The notes under the pieces are model-generated. The model did no database searches. It saw only the letters and a program-made list of their open reading frames with translations, and was not told where the DNA came from. From positions 8,000,001 to 8,064,000 of the forward strand of contig NC_087250.1 of NCBI RefSeq assembly GCF_037042905.1: a DNA stretch of 64,000 bases, in the 5' to 3' direction. Numbering within the stretch: the stretch's first letter is position 1; every line of letters begins with the position of its first letter. This document shows, one piece after another, positions 1 to 12,566 of the stretch. The DNA is from Lytechinus pictus. Its lineage: Eukaryota. A program made the position numbers and the translations under genes.

Positions 1-1089
1 GTAGTAAGCGCATTTTCTCAGTTGCTATGGAAAAAGCAAAAAGCGCATGCGTGAGTCGCAGACAGCGTAGTAGTCGGATCGCAAGGTGTGCGGTGTCGAG
101 GCTTATGACCACCTTGCGATTTCATCTCTACTCAGTCAGTCGCAAGCCAGTCGTAGACCAGTCGGGTCGTAAGGTGTGCGGTGGGTGGCCTTTAAATGAT
201 AATATGTATCCTAATCAAATGATTAGCTAAAATCTGTCCGTGACCAGTCATTTACTTTAGCTAACTTGAAAAAGTTGCTAATGACTGGTGCGAATGACTA
301 GTTAAATTGACCAATCATGGTTTTAAAATAAGGATTAAAACAAGGATCCTCACTATCACTATTTTTTTATAAAACATTTAAAACGTATAAATAAAACGTA
401 TAAAACGTATAAATAAAACGTATAAATGATGCACGTCAATTATGTATAAAACGTATAAAACGTATAAATGATGCACGTCAATTTGTTTGGGAATTCGAAT
501 CATTACACACTCTTGCTACCTTTGAATCTGTTCAAGTGCCCTCGGCTGAGCCTCGGGCATGTTAAAACTGTTCCAATGGTACCTTGTGCACCTAATTGTT
601 CCTATTGCCTGTGATGATGTGCATTATTTTTGTATTATATGACACCTAGATGGATCCTTGTCATTTGATTGGTTGTGTGATATCGATCATTCAGCCCATT
701 TTACAATGACGTCATCATCCGTGCAATTTTGGATCCATACGATTTTGTCCATTGCACGTGTGCATCGAGACCGCAGGGGCCACAAATAAAAACAGTGGTG
801 TTTGCAGTGCGCATGTTGTGTGTAAGTGACAATCAACAGACAAGCTCACACCGCGTGAGCTTATCTTTGATCAAAATACATAAATCTCAAATGATAAAGG
901 ATCTATTTTAGTTGTCATATACTAGTAAACCAAATAATGAATATTCTTTTCATTCTTGCAATGTAAAGAATACTTCATTCGGTGATAGATGAAATGAATG
1001 ATCCATTCTAAGAGGCATATCCGAGTTGATGGATCAATTCATCTTTCACCTCGTGAGGTATCCTGTCCATGGCACCCCTAAACATTCAT

Positions 1090-1679
1090 TATTTGTATAC
1101 TGTATTACTCAGGTGTATTTGAAGCCCTTACCAAAGAAACCATGTCTGAGCTATACAAGTTTGAAACAGTTCACTTGCCCTCAGCTAATCCTTGGGCATA
1201 TTAGAACTTTTCCAATGGTACACGGTGCATATAATTCTTACTAATGCCCTTAATGGTGTGTTTTATTTGTATACTATCTTGCCCAGGTGTATTTGAAGCC
1301 CTAACCAAAGAAACCATGTCTGAGCTATACAAGTTTGAAACAGTTCACTTGCCCTCAGCTAATCCTTGGGCATATTAGAACTTTTCCAATGGTACACGGT
1401 GCATATAATTCTTACTAATGCCCTTAATGGTGTGTTTTATTTGTATACTATCTTGCCCAGGTGTATTTGAAGCCCTAACCAAGGAAACCATGTCTGAGCT
1501 ATACAAGTTTGAAACAGTTCACTTGCCCTCAGCTAATCCTTGGGCATATTAGAACTTTTCCAATGGTACACGGTGCATATAATTCTTACTAATGCCCTTA
1601 ATGGTGTGTTTTATATTTATACTATCTTGCCCAGGTGTATTTGAAGCCCTAACCAAGGAAACCATGTCAGAGCTATACA
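1090..1679 (+). repeat. 174-bp tandem repeat (about 3.3 units) spanning the acceptor and first ~45 nt of a TBC1D9 exon
   Basis: AG|GTGTATTTGAAGCC recurs with the AG at 1111, 1285, 1459 and 1633. Confidence 0.95.
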
Positions 1680-1746
1680 TGAAGATGGAAGAACTAGGAA
1701 TGCTGAGTATGATCTCTCTATCTTGGTTCCTTACAGTCTTTCTAAG
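1635..1746 (+). CDS. TBC1D9: TBC1D9-like exon (TBC domain; GVFEALTKETMSELYMKMEELGMLSMISLSWFLTVFLS)
   Basis: ccag|GTGTA acceptor, CTAAG|gtaagt donor; phase 1 to 2. Confidence 0.9.
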
Positions 1747-4700
1747 GTAAGTTTGTTCAAATTTATTTTCCATTTCAGTTAAAGGGGAAAAAAATTGTTT
1801 TTCCTGCTTTGTTCGACTACAGTCAAATACAGCAGACTGCCAAGTTCTATTCACAATACAACCAGAGTGCATTAAGTCTTTTGTTCACACACATACACAA
1901 TAGTGATGTGTGCATCTCATTGACTGTGTACTCACAAAGCTTTTTTTTTACAATAAACCAATCAAAAGCTGTTGTAAGCTGAATTAGCATAATCCATATG
2001 TGGCACAGTAGTGATTCTGTCCATGGCGGGCAAAGAGTTAACATTGAGAACAATGGATCAACTGCAATTGTGGTTCATGTATGTATATTACACTGATCAG
2101 ACCCAAAGAAAAGGTTAGCAATCAATTGTTAATTTGAAAGAACAATTCTGATTCGTTCCTCGTCGGTCTACTGAGCAAAATGCGTATGCAACAAAGATCT
2201 TGATAGGCCATTTCGTGATAGCGAATAAGCACTAACCTTTGTGTTACGGAGCCCTGTCTAGATTTGGGGACTATGTTTGAAAGATTTGGTCAAATAAATA
2301 ATAATGTTAAATCAATGATGATAATGATGATGATGATGATAATAATAATGTAAATGATAGTAATCATAAAAATAATTATAATAATTGTGATGATGATAAT
2401 GATGATGATGAAAGTAATAATACATTTTAATGATAATGATGATTATAACAGTAATTATAATAATGATGGCAATGATGATGAAAATAATAATATATTATGA
2501 TAACTATAATGATAATAATTATAACATGATTATAATGATGATGATGATAATAATCTCTATATTTCTCTTCAGCGTGATGCCGTTTGAGAGCGCAGTCAGC
2601 ATCATGGACTGCTTCTTCTACGACGGATCAAAGGTCATCTTCCAGATCGCCCTCGCTGTCCTCGACGCTAACTATGAAGCGCTCCTGGAGTGCGATGACG
2701 ACGGCCAAGCCATGGTCGTTCTAAGCCGCTATCTGGAGAACGTCGGCAATCGGGATGCCACCATGCCGCACGTCCCTCACTCATCTGTTATCGTGGGAAG
2801 CGAAGGAAAAGACTCACCACAGGTATTTAGCATTTATCTCATGTTTATACATGTACATGTACCTCTGTCCACTTTAATAGGCATAGCCATTTTTATTGTC
2901 TCGCCCACCAGAGGTGAAGGCGAGACTTAGGGATCCAAATGTCGTCCGTTGTCCGTACGTCACATACCTCCACATAACTCCACATAACTCCACAACCGTA
3001 AGTCACTTTTCAACCAAACAAAATCATCATCATTATCAACATCACCATCATCATTATTATTATCATCAACATCATCATCATCATCTTAGTCGTCGTTATC
3101 ATCATCATCATCACCATCATCATTATCAACATCACCATCATCATTATCGACATCACCATCATCATTATTATTATCATCAACATCATTGTCATCATCATCA
3201 TCATCTTCGTCGTTGTCGCCATCATCATCATCATTTTCATCGTCACCATTATAATATCATATTTCAATCTTCGATTTCAGGTTTCTGTGGAAGTATCGGA
3301 GCTGATCTACAATTCCTACTCCAAGTTTGGTTCCATCTCCAATGAGAAGATAGAGAAGATGCGTTTGAACGAGAGATTGCGGGTCGTCCAGGGATTGGAA
3401 GACACCGCTCGGAGGAGTGTGATCAGGAGTCTTGTCTCGGACACGGCTTTTGGAAAGAAAGAACTGGAGGAACTTTATGTCCTCTTCAAGGTGAGATAAG
3501 GAAAAGAATAAGAAGATGATGATGTAGGTGATTATGTGATGGGGTCGAGGAGGATGATGATGGAGGTGAGGATGATGATGGAGGTGATGATGATGGTGAT
3601 GATGATGCAGGTGATGTTGATGATGTTGATGTTGATGATGGAGGTGATGATGATGATGATGATGGAGGTGATTATGATGGTGATGATGATGCAGGTGATG
3701 ATGATGATGGTGATGATGGTGATGATGATGATGGTGATGATAATGATGATGGTGATGATGATGGTGATGATGATGTTGGTGATGATGATGGTGATGATAA
3801 TGATGGTGATGATGATGATGATGATGATAATGGAGGTGATGATGATGATGGTGATGATGATGGTGATGGAGGTGATGATGATGATGGTGATGATGATGAT
3901 GATTGTAATGATGATGATGATGGTGATGATGATGGAGGTGATGATGATGATTATGATGATGTTGATAATGATGATGATGGTTGTGGTGGTGGTGGGGTAT
4001 ATGATTAAGATTGACGATGATAATGATTACAATGGTGATAGCGATTGTGATTGTGATGACGATATTGGTAGTGATGATGATGGCAATGAAGATGATGATG
4101 ATGATAGAGTCGTGGAGGTGATAATGATGATGATGAGTGATGAGTATAATGGTGATGATGATGGTTACGATGATGATGATGACGGTGATGATATTGATGA
4201 TGACTACGATTAGGGTAATTGATGATGATATATTGGTAATTACAATTGGTATTAACTTTTATTTCTCATGTTTTCTTCTGTGTCACTTACATGTACATTA
4301 CATTTTCATGTAATGCTACTACCATCAAACATGTTTTAAAAAACTTTTTCCAGGAGGAGTTCCTGACCGGCAACCTACTATCCAACACACCCATCATGGA
4401 CCACGCCCAACACTTCCTGTCTGTCGTCAAGCTAGACTTAGAGAAATACCAGACCCTCTTCCTTGCTCTGTCTCCCTGGGCTACTGGTTCCCATGCGGAC
4501 AAGCTTGGTGTTAGATCCTTTAGGGTAAGTGAGACCAAGGCCAGACTCTATTCCTTGCTCTGTCCCTCTTGGCTTCTAGTTCCCATGCAGACATGCATGG
4601 TGTTCAATCATTTAGGGTAGGTTAGACCAAGACCAGACTCTCTTACTTGCTCTCTCCTGGGCTACTGGTTCTCACGCAGACAAGCTTGGTGTTAGATCCT

Positions 4701-7700
4701 TTAGGGTAAGTTAGACCAAGACCGGCCTCTCTTCCTTGCTCTGTCCTCCTGGGCTACTGGTTCTCACTCAGGCAAGCTTGGAGTTAGGTCCTTTAGGGTA
4801 AGTTAGACCTAGACCAGACTCTATTCCTTGCTCTGTCACCCTGGGCTACTGGTTCTCATACAGACAAGCTTGGTGTTAGATCCTGTAGGGTAAGTTAGAC
4901 CAAGGAAATACCATACTCTTTTCCTTGCTCTGTTGCTTTGGGCCACTTGTTCTCACACAGACAAGCTTGGTGTTAGATCCTTTAGGGTAAGACCAAGACC
5001 AGACTCTCTTACTTGCTCTGTCCTCCTGGGCTACTGATTCTCACACAGGCAAGCTTGGAGTTAGATCCTTTAGGGTAAGTTAGACCAAGACCGGACTCTC
5101 TTGCTTGCTCTGTCACCCTGGGCTACTAGTTCTCGTACAGACAAGCTTGGTGTTAGATCCTTTAGGGTAAGTTAGACCAAGAGAAATACCAGACTCTCTT
5201 CGTGCTCTGTTACCCTGGGTCATTGTGGGATGGTGTTTGTCAGAACCATGGAAGACCACCATGACTGTGCCAGTCAAGCTGCATATGGGCAATCCACCAT
5301 ATTTTATTGTATATAATTATGCTTTTAATACAAAATAAATACTACAAAGAGAAACACTTAAAATAAGGAAAGTCAGGAAATGTTGAAAATGTTTAAGTGT
5401 GTGACCCCTAATTTTTGTGGGCTTCTTTCTTGAAAGCCTGGTGTAATATATTTCTCAAGGGAATAGATGGTTTGGTAACTTTGTTGGAATTTTTTGAAGT
5501 TTGAGTCTTTTGCATTTAATGCTGATATCGAGATGGATCGATCGAGAGCAAGTAATTTGTTCAGTTTTTGGATTGAAAAATTGTATATAATATTAATTGT
5601 CTATACTGATATGATTATAATATTCTAGGATATACTGTACTTTGTATAACACTGCATTATATGTGGAAACCATCAGCCAGTCCCGATATGTTTTACACCA
5701 TTTAAAGATGATCATGATATTTTGATGCTTCAAAGTGGATGTCTTTCATGTCTTTATCATCGTACTATACCACAATCTTACACTTTGCAATGGAACTTTT
5801 TGAATAGGTGTTGGACTCTGATCACGACTGCCTTATCAACTTCAGGGACTTTGCCTGGGGTATGGGGACCATGTGTCGAGGTGAGATGCCCCAGAGACTC
5901 AGGCTGTTATACGAGATGCACTTACCCCCTGCCTTAACACCTGCAGATCTAGAGAGCCCCAGTGAGACTCATACAGGTAAGAAAGGGAGGTAAATAAGAT
6001 GACGTAAGAGCACCTTGGCGCTTGTTTTTTAAATGATAACAAAATGATAATAGGTTTGATGTATAATGAGACAAATCCACTCTGTACACTGCTCTGTAGA
6101 GACTGTTTTATTTATTTTTATGTGCACTTCACAATCAGAGTTTGTCTTAGTGTTCCTGCCAAATGTCATTTATTAAAACCTTATCAAACTTTGTATACAT
6201 GTATATAATACCACAAAAAAAAATTCACAGAAATAGGAACACATGGTTTAAAATAATAATTTTCTTTTCCCTAAAATAGGAAATATTCTATTTAAAAGGA
6301 CCACGTGGTCGGTATGAGATAGTATGTAATAAGAATGCTACGACCACAAAGGTACTATACGCAAACTTTAATATATATTTTTTTTAATGCATCTACATGT
6401 ATACATACAATGTGGATAGAAAGAATTAGCAAACAAATATTCATATACATATACAGTAACTTCAATAATGCTTTGAAATAGTATTTAGTAAGAAGCATTT
6501 AGTAGGAATACTACAGCTACTGTACCAAGATTATATACATGTATATAAAGTTTGATAAGGTTTTAATAGATGACAATTAGCAAAGCATTATTGAAGTTAG
6601 TGTGTATGTATATTTGTTAGAAAATTTCTCATTAATTTGTTCCCATTTCTTGGCTGTAAGGGTTGGTGGGTATGCTATTTCAAAAACTTCTTCAACCTTT
6701 CTGTTGGCTCAGTTGGTAGAGCGTCCGTCTCACAACTGGGAGGTCGGGAGTTCAAGCCCCCGGGCCGCGTCAGACCACAGACGTTAAAAGATGAGACTTG
6801 CTACTACCCTGTTTGGTGTTCAACGATTCAAGGGATAGAGCTATGTTGTATCTGGGGCTGCACAGTGGTTGCCGGGCCCATGGTCAATTGGGCAGTAATA
6901 ATTTTCTATTTCAGATTTCATTTCGAACAATGCAATATGGATTTTTTTTAAGTTTGTGTATATTATCAAGGTAGTCCTAACATATTTCCTATCTTCTTTA
7001 AAAAAAAACACGTCAGAATGTAGCACAGTGGACGTCCCTTCACCTGACGACTGTGATGTTGATGTAGAGGGCGCTGTTGATGCGGAGGAAGCCGTTGATG
7101 CAGCAGAATTCTTCGGACCAGACACAATACCTGCCACAGCGACCTCTATTACTGCAACCCCTACCACAGCTACATCTACTACCATTCCTACATCAGTAAC
7201 AGCCAAACCTCAGGTAGGAAGGTCCAAGTTCTCTGCTTGGACGATACTCTTGGCTGGTAGTCTGAGATTAATTGTATATTTATTTATTTATTATTTATTC
7301 TGCACTTCAAACATATTCAAGATTACAAAGCAATATCAAACATTACATAAAATGACATAAAAATTATACAGGTATGTGCAATATTTGATAGCAGTTATAT
7401 CAGATAAAGTGAAATTTCTTATCTCTGTTAAAATCAGTGTGATAAAATACCTTTAAAATTGTTTTGATTCGGTATTCTGAGAACCAATTTGTCTTCAGAT
7501 GATGGTGGTATGAACATTCGCTGAAGTGGTATACGGTACACCATGTGTAAAGTTCTGGAAAGGACTGAGATAAAAGTGGATAGAGATATAGGTGAAATGG
7601 AAAGGCGAGAAAGTGGTGGTTTGGAAGTAGAGTATCTTTCGGAAATGAGTGTAGTCTTAAAGAGGACTGTAAACCAGAAAGAGTGAAAAGCTTGAGCAGT

Positions 7701-10700
7701 AGGCAGGATGAGAGTCTTGAGTCGAAGGCTGGTTGGGTTGGAGGGGTAAAATAGGCTTGAGTAGATGAGAGAAGGCTGGCTTGAGTCAGCGAATGGAGCT
7801 GTGGAGCAGGAGCAAGGACTTGATTTTTCGAGCAGGTCGACTGTCTGTCATCATTCTGTCTTTATTTTATGAGACATACCAAGTCTTACACCTTAAGGCC
7901 ACTGCACACCTTACAATGGCTCTGTGACCCGATTTTTGAATAAATCCTAGTAGAATTTGATGCTAATATTGAAACATCGAATATCTTACTACATGTATGT
8001 AATGTTCTAAATCATTGTATGAATACTTACACTGTATGTTTAAATTTGTTACTATACCATCATACTTGTTAGTATAAAAGCGAATTTAACATCTATTCAT
8101 AATGACTTCATAGCAATCGCACGATTGGCTACGATTTGAAACTAATTTGGTCTTTACTCCAAAATAAAGGCTTGCAATCATCCAAAATGGTTATATTTGT
8201 ATTCTTTAGGTTAACTTGAACCTCAAATAAAAAGATACTTTTCATTCATATTTGCAGAAAATAAATATAACTGCGATTTGTTCCAAAATCGGATTTTGGA
8301 CCAGTCGTAAGGTGTTTGGTGACCTTTAGGCATGAGACTCCTGCTTTACGGGCTCTTGCTGATCCCTCAAATCTCTTTCTCATGCAAGAATCACAGCCTA
8401 TCCCATACACAATGCCTGGTGCTCTCACGCATAGCCATAGTTCCTTGCCTCAAATCTCATACATCGCTCCTCTTTGAACTTTTGGATCCATACGATTTTG
8501 CCCGTTGCCGGCGCGCATCGAGACCGCAAGCACCACAAGTAAAAACGTGACAATCAACAGACAAGGCCACATCTCTGTTTTATCTCTGTGTAAAGGCATG
8601 GCTATTTATGAAGCAATGTCCAATTAGAAAGGCTGTATATTAGCGCTCTCTTCTCGTTCAACCAACGGAAATCCTTTCTGCCATGAGGTGTGGCAAATGA
8701 GCGAGAGTGTCAATTTTATAACACCCAAATGCACTATAAACTAGCATGTCTTTACAGGGATTTCTTCTTATTGTCATCACTATCATTATTTGTAAACAAA
8801 TTTTTGGCATTACTCCTATGTCTGACTAATGATTTTAATCACAGATCGAGCATGCGATCTTGAACACATAGGAGTTATGCTGAAAATTTGTTTACAAATT
8901 ATAATTTCCTCCTATTAAAGCCTCTTTACTTACTATCATCATTATCATCTTACAGGATTCTCCGCAACGCTCTAGCCTTGGTTCCAGTCCTCTATCACCA
9001 TCAGTGACTTCACCCAACAAGCGTTGCAACCCATTCCTGACGAACCCCGATCCGACGCTACCTCCGCCTGATCAGAGCACGGTCTTTGATTTCCCAGGGG
9101 AGGATAGCCTTCCAGCCAGCAGAGATCAGGATCATAAAAAACGTGAGTATCATAATTAATCTGTTTCAACACAGTTTAATAATCATTTGGGATTAGAGCC
9201 TACCCCCCCCCCCACAACTGTCCTTGAGAACTCCCAAACAAAAAACAAACAGATTTCTTGCATGAACAAGCATAATTACCATGATGTAAAGACAATATCG
9301 TTTTATAGAAAAATAATGCTTCAGTATTGGATATTCCATCAGAGGCAATGTGCATGCCAATTGGATTGGCATCACGATGGTCTTGCAATGAGCGGGGGGG
9401 GGGGGGTGAATCAGACCCCCTCCCTCCCCGACTGTTCAGGTGTCAAAATACATGTAACCCAGTCTTTCAGGAAAGATTTACTGAATGATGTTATAAAGTC
9501 TAATGATCATGATCATCATTTTGTTTCATTTGCTATTAAGTTTATTGGTTAAAAAATGTTTGTTTATCACTTGTATTTTTTTTGTTCATTTGTAAAAAAA
9601 ATTTTATCATCTTTGATTGTAATCCTAAATGTTTGTGGATTCAAGTATATTTTATTGATTCCATAAACATAAAGGATTACAATCAAAGAAAATTAAAAAT
9701 TTGTTAATTTTTTTAATTTTCTTTGATTATAATCACTTATGTTTATGGAATCAATAAAATAAACTTGAAGCTCGTATTTGTTACTTTCTCCCTTTTTCTT
9801 CACTTTTTTTTCTTTTTCAAAGAGCGCATAGGAAAGCATGTGGCATAAAGCACATTGGACTTTTCCAAAAAATGATATTCCTTTTTTTCTTACCAACAGC
9901 TACAGAACCTGCACAAGGTTATCAATATTACCTCAAGAAATGGCAGCTAGAGAAAGAAGAGGAGGAAAGAAGAAAGAGCTTCAAACATCTACCTCGTATG
10001 AACCAGGTAAAGGACAGCGCATACACACTAGCATTGGGCGATATTTCAATATTATAAAAAATATGTGATAATGAAAAAAAAAATTGAATATTTGATAATG
10101 GTTTTACGATTACGTTGATATATCATGGTAACATGATATGACCAAATATTGTTGATTATGAAAAGTTAGTCACAATTTTTTTTTACCAGTTTCTGCTCTC
10201 TTTGTGTCTCTTTCCTTCTCTCTCTTTCTCTCCGTCTCTTACTATATCTCCAGGAGCAATTCATCCAGCTACTGAAGAGCCTCTACGACATGTTCGTCGA
10301 TCATCCCGAGGAGCAGGAACTCTACCGTTCCCTTGCCACCGTCGGAACGCTTCTCTTTGAGCTCGGTGAGGTCGGCAAGAAATTCTACAAGAGATCTCAG
10401 TCCTCTCCTGCAAGAACATGGAGTGAGCCCTCAACGTCAAGCGCCTCACTCGGCGAGGAGCTCCATGGGAAATTCGTAGAGGATTGCGTGGGTCTGGCTG
10501 CAGTAGGTGGGGAAGTGCAGGGTGGAGACAGCATTGAAAAGCCTGGGGAGGAGTCTACTGGAGGCGAAACTGTTGAAGAGAAGAAGGAGGCCGACAGCGG
10601 GGATAGTCTTGTGGACAGGAGTTTGGTACGAGGTGGGGAGGGAGATAACACTATTGCGGATGCCTTGAAGGCTGTATCCATCGAAGAGCCTGGTGACGAG

Positions 10701-11039
10701 TCTAGTACTGTTGATCTCAGTGCTGACCAATGTGGCTCAGAACCTGCCAAAGTGACTGGTAAAGAGTCCAGCACCAGTACGCCTAGCCATGCATCAACGT
10801 CTGATAACACTGCAACGGCACCGCCCAGGCCGAACAATCTACCAACAGAACTCCCTAAGCTGGTAGATAATGAGTGGGCGATTACATTCGAACAGTTCCT
10901 TGCGTCGATGTTGAACGAGTCTCCCCTCGTGAAATTCTTTGAGAAACCCGTGGAAATCTCTGGACTCGTTGAGGGTTTTCGACAAAGAAAAGTTTTCCAA
11001 AGACAACTGAGTGATGTTAGCTTTGGCTCTTCACCATAA
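1635..11039 (+). CDS. TBC1D9: TBC1 domain family member 9/8-like Rab GTPase-activating protein, 3' part (9 coding exons; 5' exons lie upstream of the window)
   Basis: Joined exons 1635-1746, 2573-2822, 3281-3490, 4354-4524, 5808-5976, 7017-7213, 8956-9142, 9900-10006, 10254-11039 are all AG/GT bounded with matching phases. Motifs ISLSWFLTVFLSVMPFESAV..DCFFYDGSKVIFQIALAVL, EF-hand LDSDHDCLINFRDF, LPRMNQEQFIQL and WAITFEQFLASML match recalled TBC1D9/TBC1D8 sequence. Confidence 0.93.
2295..2555. repeat. (ATG/ATA)n degenerate trinucleotide microsatellite
   Basis: gatgatgat/aataat runs. Confidence 0.9.
2573..2822 (+). CDS. TBC1D9: TBC1D9-like exon (VMPFESAVSIMDCFFYDGSKVIFQ...DSPQ)
   Basis: ttcag|C acceptor, CAG|gtattt donor; end of TBC domain. 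Confidence 0.92.
3022..3260. repeat. (CAT)n microsatellite
   Basis: catcatcat runs. Confidence 0.92.
3281..3490 (+). CDS. TBC1D9: TBC1D9-like exon (VSVEVSELIYNSYSKFG...ELEELYVLFK)
   Basis: tttcag|GTT, AAG|gtgaga; 210 nt, phase 0/0. Confidence 0.92.
3512..4230. repeat. (GAT)n microsatellite, about 700 bp
   Basis: gatgatgatg runs; source of the poly-Met ORF. Confidence 0.95.
4354..4524 (+). CDS. TBC1D9: TBC1D9-like exon (EEFLTG...LSPWATGSHADKLGVRSFR)
   Basis: ttccag|GAG, AGG|gtaagt; 171 nt. Confidence 0.9.
4445..5220 (+). repeat. 88-97 bp tandem repeat (about 8 units) made of TBC1D9 exon 3' end + splice donor
   Basis: AGG|gta(a/g)g donors at 4525, 4617, 4706, 4798, 4890, 4987, 5075 and 5167. 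Confidence 0.95.
5808..5976 (+). CDS. TBC1D9: TBC1D9-like exon with EF-hand (VLDSDHDCLINFRDF...LRLLYEMHLPP)
   Basis: aatag|GTG, ACAG|gtaaga. Confidence 0.92.
6703..6930 (+). mobile_element. tRNA-derived SINE
   Basis: A box tggctcagttgg and B box gttcaagcc followed by a non-tRNA body. Confidence 0.75.
7017..7213 (+). CDS. TBC1D9: TBC1D9-like exon (acidic then Thr-rich linker; EEAVDAAEFF)
   Basis: gtcag|AA completes GAA from the phase-1 upstream exon; CAG|gtagga. Confidence 0.8.
7897..8324. mobile_element. PIF/Harbinger-type MITE; a related terminus lies at ~165-190
   Basis: ggccactgcacaccttac ... gtaaggtgtttggtgacc imperfect TIRs, TAA/TTT flanks. Confidence 0.65.
8956..9142 (+). CDS. TBC1D9: TBC1D9-like exon (Ser/Pro-rich linker DSPQRSSLGSSPLSPSVTSPNKRCNPFL...), absent from the ORF track
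   Basis: ttacag|GAT, open for 62 codons, AAAC|gtgagt; its phase 0 to 1 shift is required to join the flanking exons. Confidence 0.8.
9900..10006 (+). CDS. TBC1D9: TBC1D9-like exon (PTEPAQGYQYYLKKW...LPRMNQ)
   Basis: aacag|CT, CAG|gtaaag. Confidence 0.88.
10254..11039 (+). CDS. TBC1D9: TBC1D9-like terminal coding exon (EQFIQLLKSLYDMF...WAITFEQFLASML...stop)
   Basis: Long pyrimidine tract + cag|GAG; TAA at 11037-11039. Confidence 0.93.
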   Translation, partial: EQFIQLLKSLYDMFVDHPEEQELYRSLATVGTLLFELGEVGKKFYKRSQSSPARTWSEPSTSSASLGEELHGKFVEDCVGLAAVGGEVQGGDSIEKPGEESTGGETVEEKKEADSGDSLVDRSLVRGGEGDNTIADALKAVSIEEPGDESSTVDLSADQCGSEPAKVTGKESSTSTPSHASTSDNTATAPPRPNNLPTELPKLVDNEWAITFEQFLASMLNESPLVKFFEKPVEISGLVEGFRQRKVFQRQLSDVSFGSSP

Positions 11040-11480
11040 GACTTGCTTGCTCATGATATGAATTGGAAATCTATTTGAAATGCCTACCACACCGCCTGAT
11101 GAAAAGCCAACCTGCAACTCTGTACAAGTCAACTTTCTTGATGTCGAATAATCGCCCCAGTCAAAGCAAGTTTTTAGACCAGGGTCAGTCTCACGAAGAA
11201 TTGTGATTGATCTAATCAACCTCAACTATGTAAAAATCCATCATTGTTATAATTATTCCTACAGGAAATTTGCACAATGTCCTTTTTGTGTAAATAAAGA
11301 GGAGCACGCCGAATGGGCAGTGATGAATGTATGAAGGTTAATCATAATTATCGGAAAACACTTTGAACAAATATGCATTTTAGAGATTGTTGTCGACCCT
11401 TTTACTGTATCACTTTGACTATAATGCAACTTTCCTTTGTATTCTATCTCCCTTTAGAGTCTGCATTTCAAACTTACTGA

Positions 11481-11805
11481 CCCGTATTCTGAAGTCGGGC
11501 TTAACTTTATGGACCACGGTACAACTCTCTGCTAAAACTATGGAAATCCAAAGAATGTCAAAATTTTCCTTACAATTACATTGTATGTTTCTTACATGTA
11601 TGTTTACTGTGCTCTCTCCTAACTCAGGAATGGTGAAGAAAGCTATCTTATTTATCCTTCCGAAACAGGTAAGAGTGGTTTGAGAGAAAAATGAGCTGAT
11701 ACTTTTAAATTATACTGTTTGAGATTTATGCCACTACTGGCTATCCATAGTTAAAACCACATTTTTAACCAGAGTTTTAAGTAGACCCGACTTCAGAATA
11801 TGGGC
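11481..11805. mobile_element. MITE, cccgtattctgaagtc family
   Basis: TIR cccgtattctgaagtc / gacttcagaatatggg; relatives at 11881-12566 and 52227-52540. Confidence 0.8.
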
Positions 11806-11880
11806 TATTGACATTGATAACATTGACCAAAGAAGATTATTAGTAGGTCAGGACATTTCATTTTCAAGAAAGAATAATTG

Positions 11881-12566
11881 GGCCCGTATTCTGAAGTCTG
11901 GTTTAACTTAACCTCAGGTTTAAAGTTGTGGTTTAAGTATGGATAGCCAATTGTACATAAATCACTAACAGTAGAGATATCATATTTCAGCTCATTTGGC
12001 TCTCAAGTCATTTGTAATTGTCTAGGAAGTATAAATAGATGATTGTCTTCATCATCGATGAATCAGGAAAGAGCCCAGTAAATGTAAGAAACATACAACT
12101 AAATAAAAATTTTGACACTTATGGCTTCCCATAATTTTAGCACAGAGTTAGACCGCGGTCGAAGTTAAAGCTAAATGACATTGGTTGCAGTAAAAAACTG
12201 ATTTCGTGAGAAAGTCTGTAAAACCAAGGTTAAATATTACTATATCATCGTGGATCTAGATCTGGTACAGTTACATAAACTGAACTTTGTGAAATCATAA
12301 TATCTAAGCTAAAAAACGATCACACTGAAGATCGCCAACACAGATAGGCACACGTGGGACAGTGTATTATTATTGCTGGAATAAAGACCCGACGGAAGTG
12401 ACAGAATCCACGCTTATTTTGCTTATTTCTCAGCAATTACACAATTTCTTCCAGAATCCTTTGGCACATATTTTTCATTCATACAAACAGACACTTTGGT
12501 GATCATTACATTAAATTCTGTTAAGTCACTGGAATTTATCTATAAACCTGCCTTCAGAATACGGGC
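11881..12566. mobile_element. MITE (cccgtattctgaagtc family) with a nested TTAA-type element at ~12166-12543
   Basis: Outer TIRs gcccgtattctgaag / cttcagaatacgggc; the insert resembles copies at ~14840-15142, ~21440-21640, ~30185-30575 and ~58550-58750. Confidence 0.75.

Noticed and set aside
2896..4213. Poly-His and poly-Met ORFs
   Set aside because: Products of (CAT)n/(GAT)n intronic microsatellites.
6703..6775. tRNA genes here and at ~51328-51400 and ~60950-61030
   Set aside because: A/B boxes are present but the acceptor stems do not pair properly and each continues into a repeat body, so they are SINE heads.
7395..7860. Possible CR1-like LINE remnant on the minus strand
   Set aside because: Composition is suggestive but too degenerate to support by eye; it needs a Dfam/Repbase search.
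10397..10837. 146-aa antisense ORF
   Set aside because: Shadow of the GC-richer TBC1D9 terminal exon, with no independent signals.
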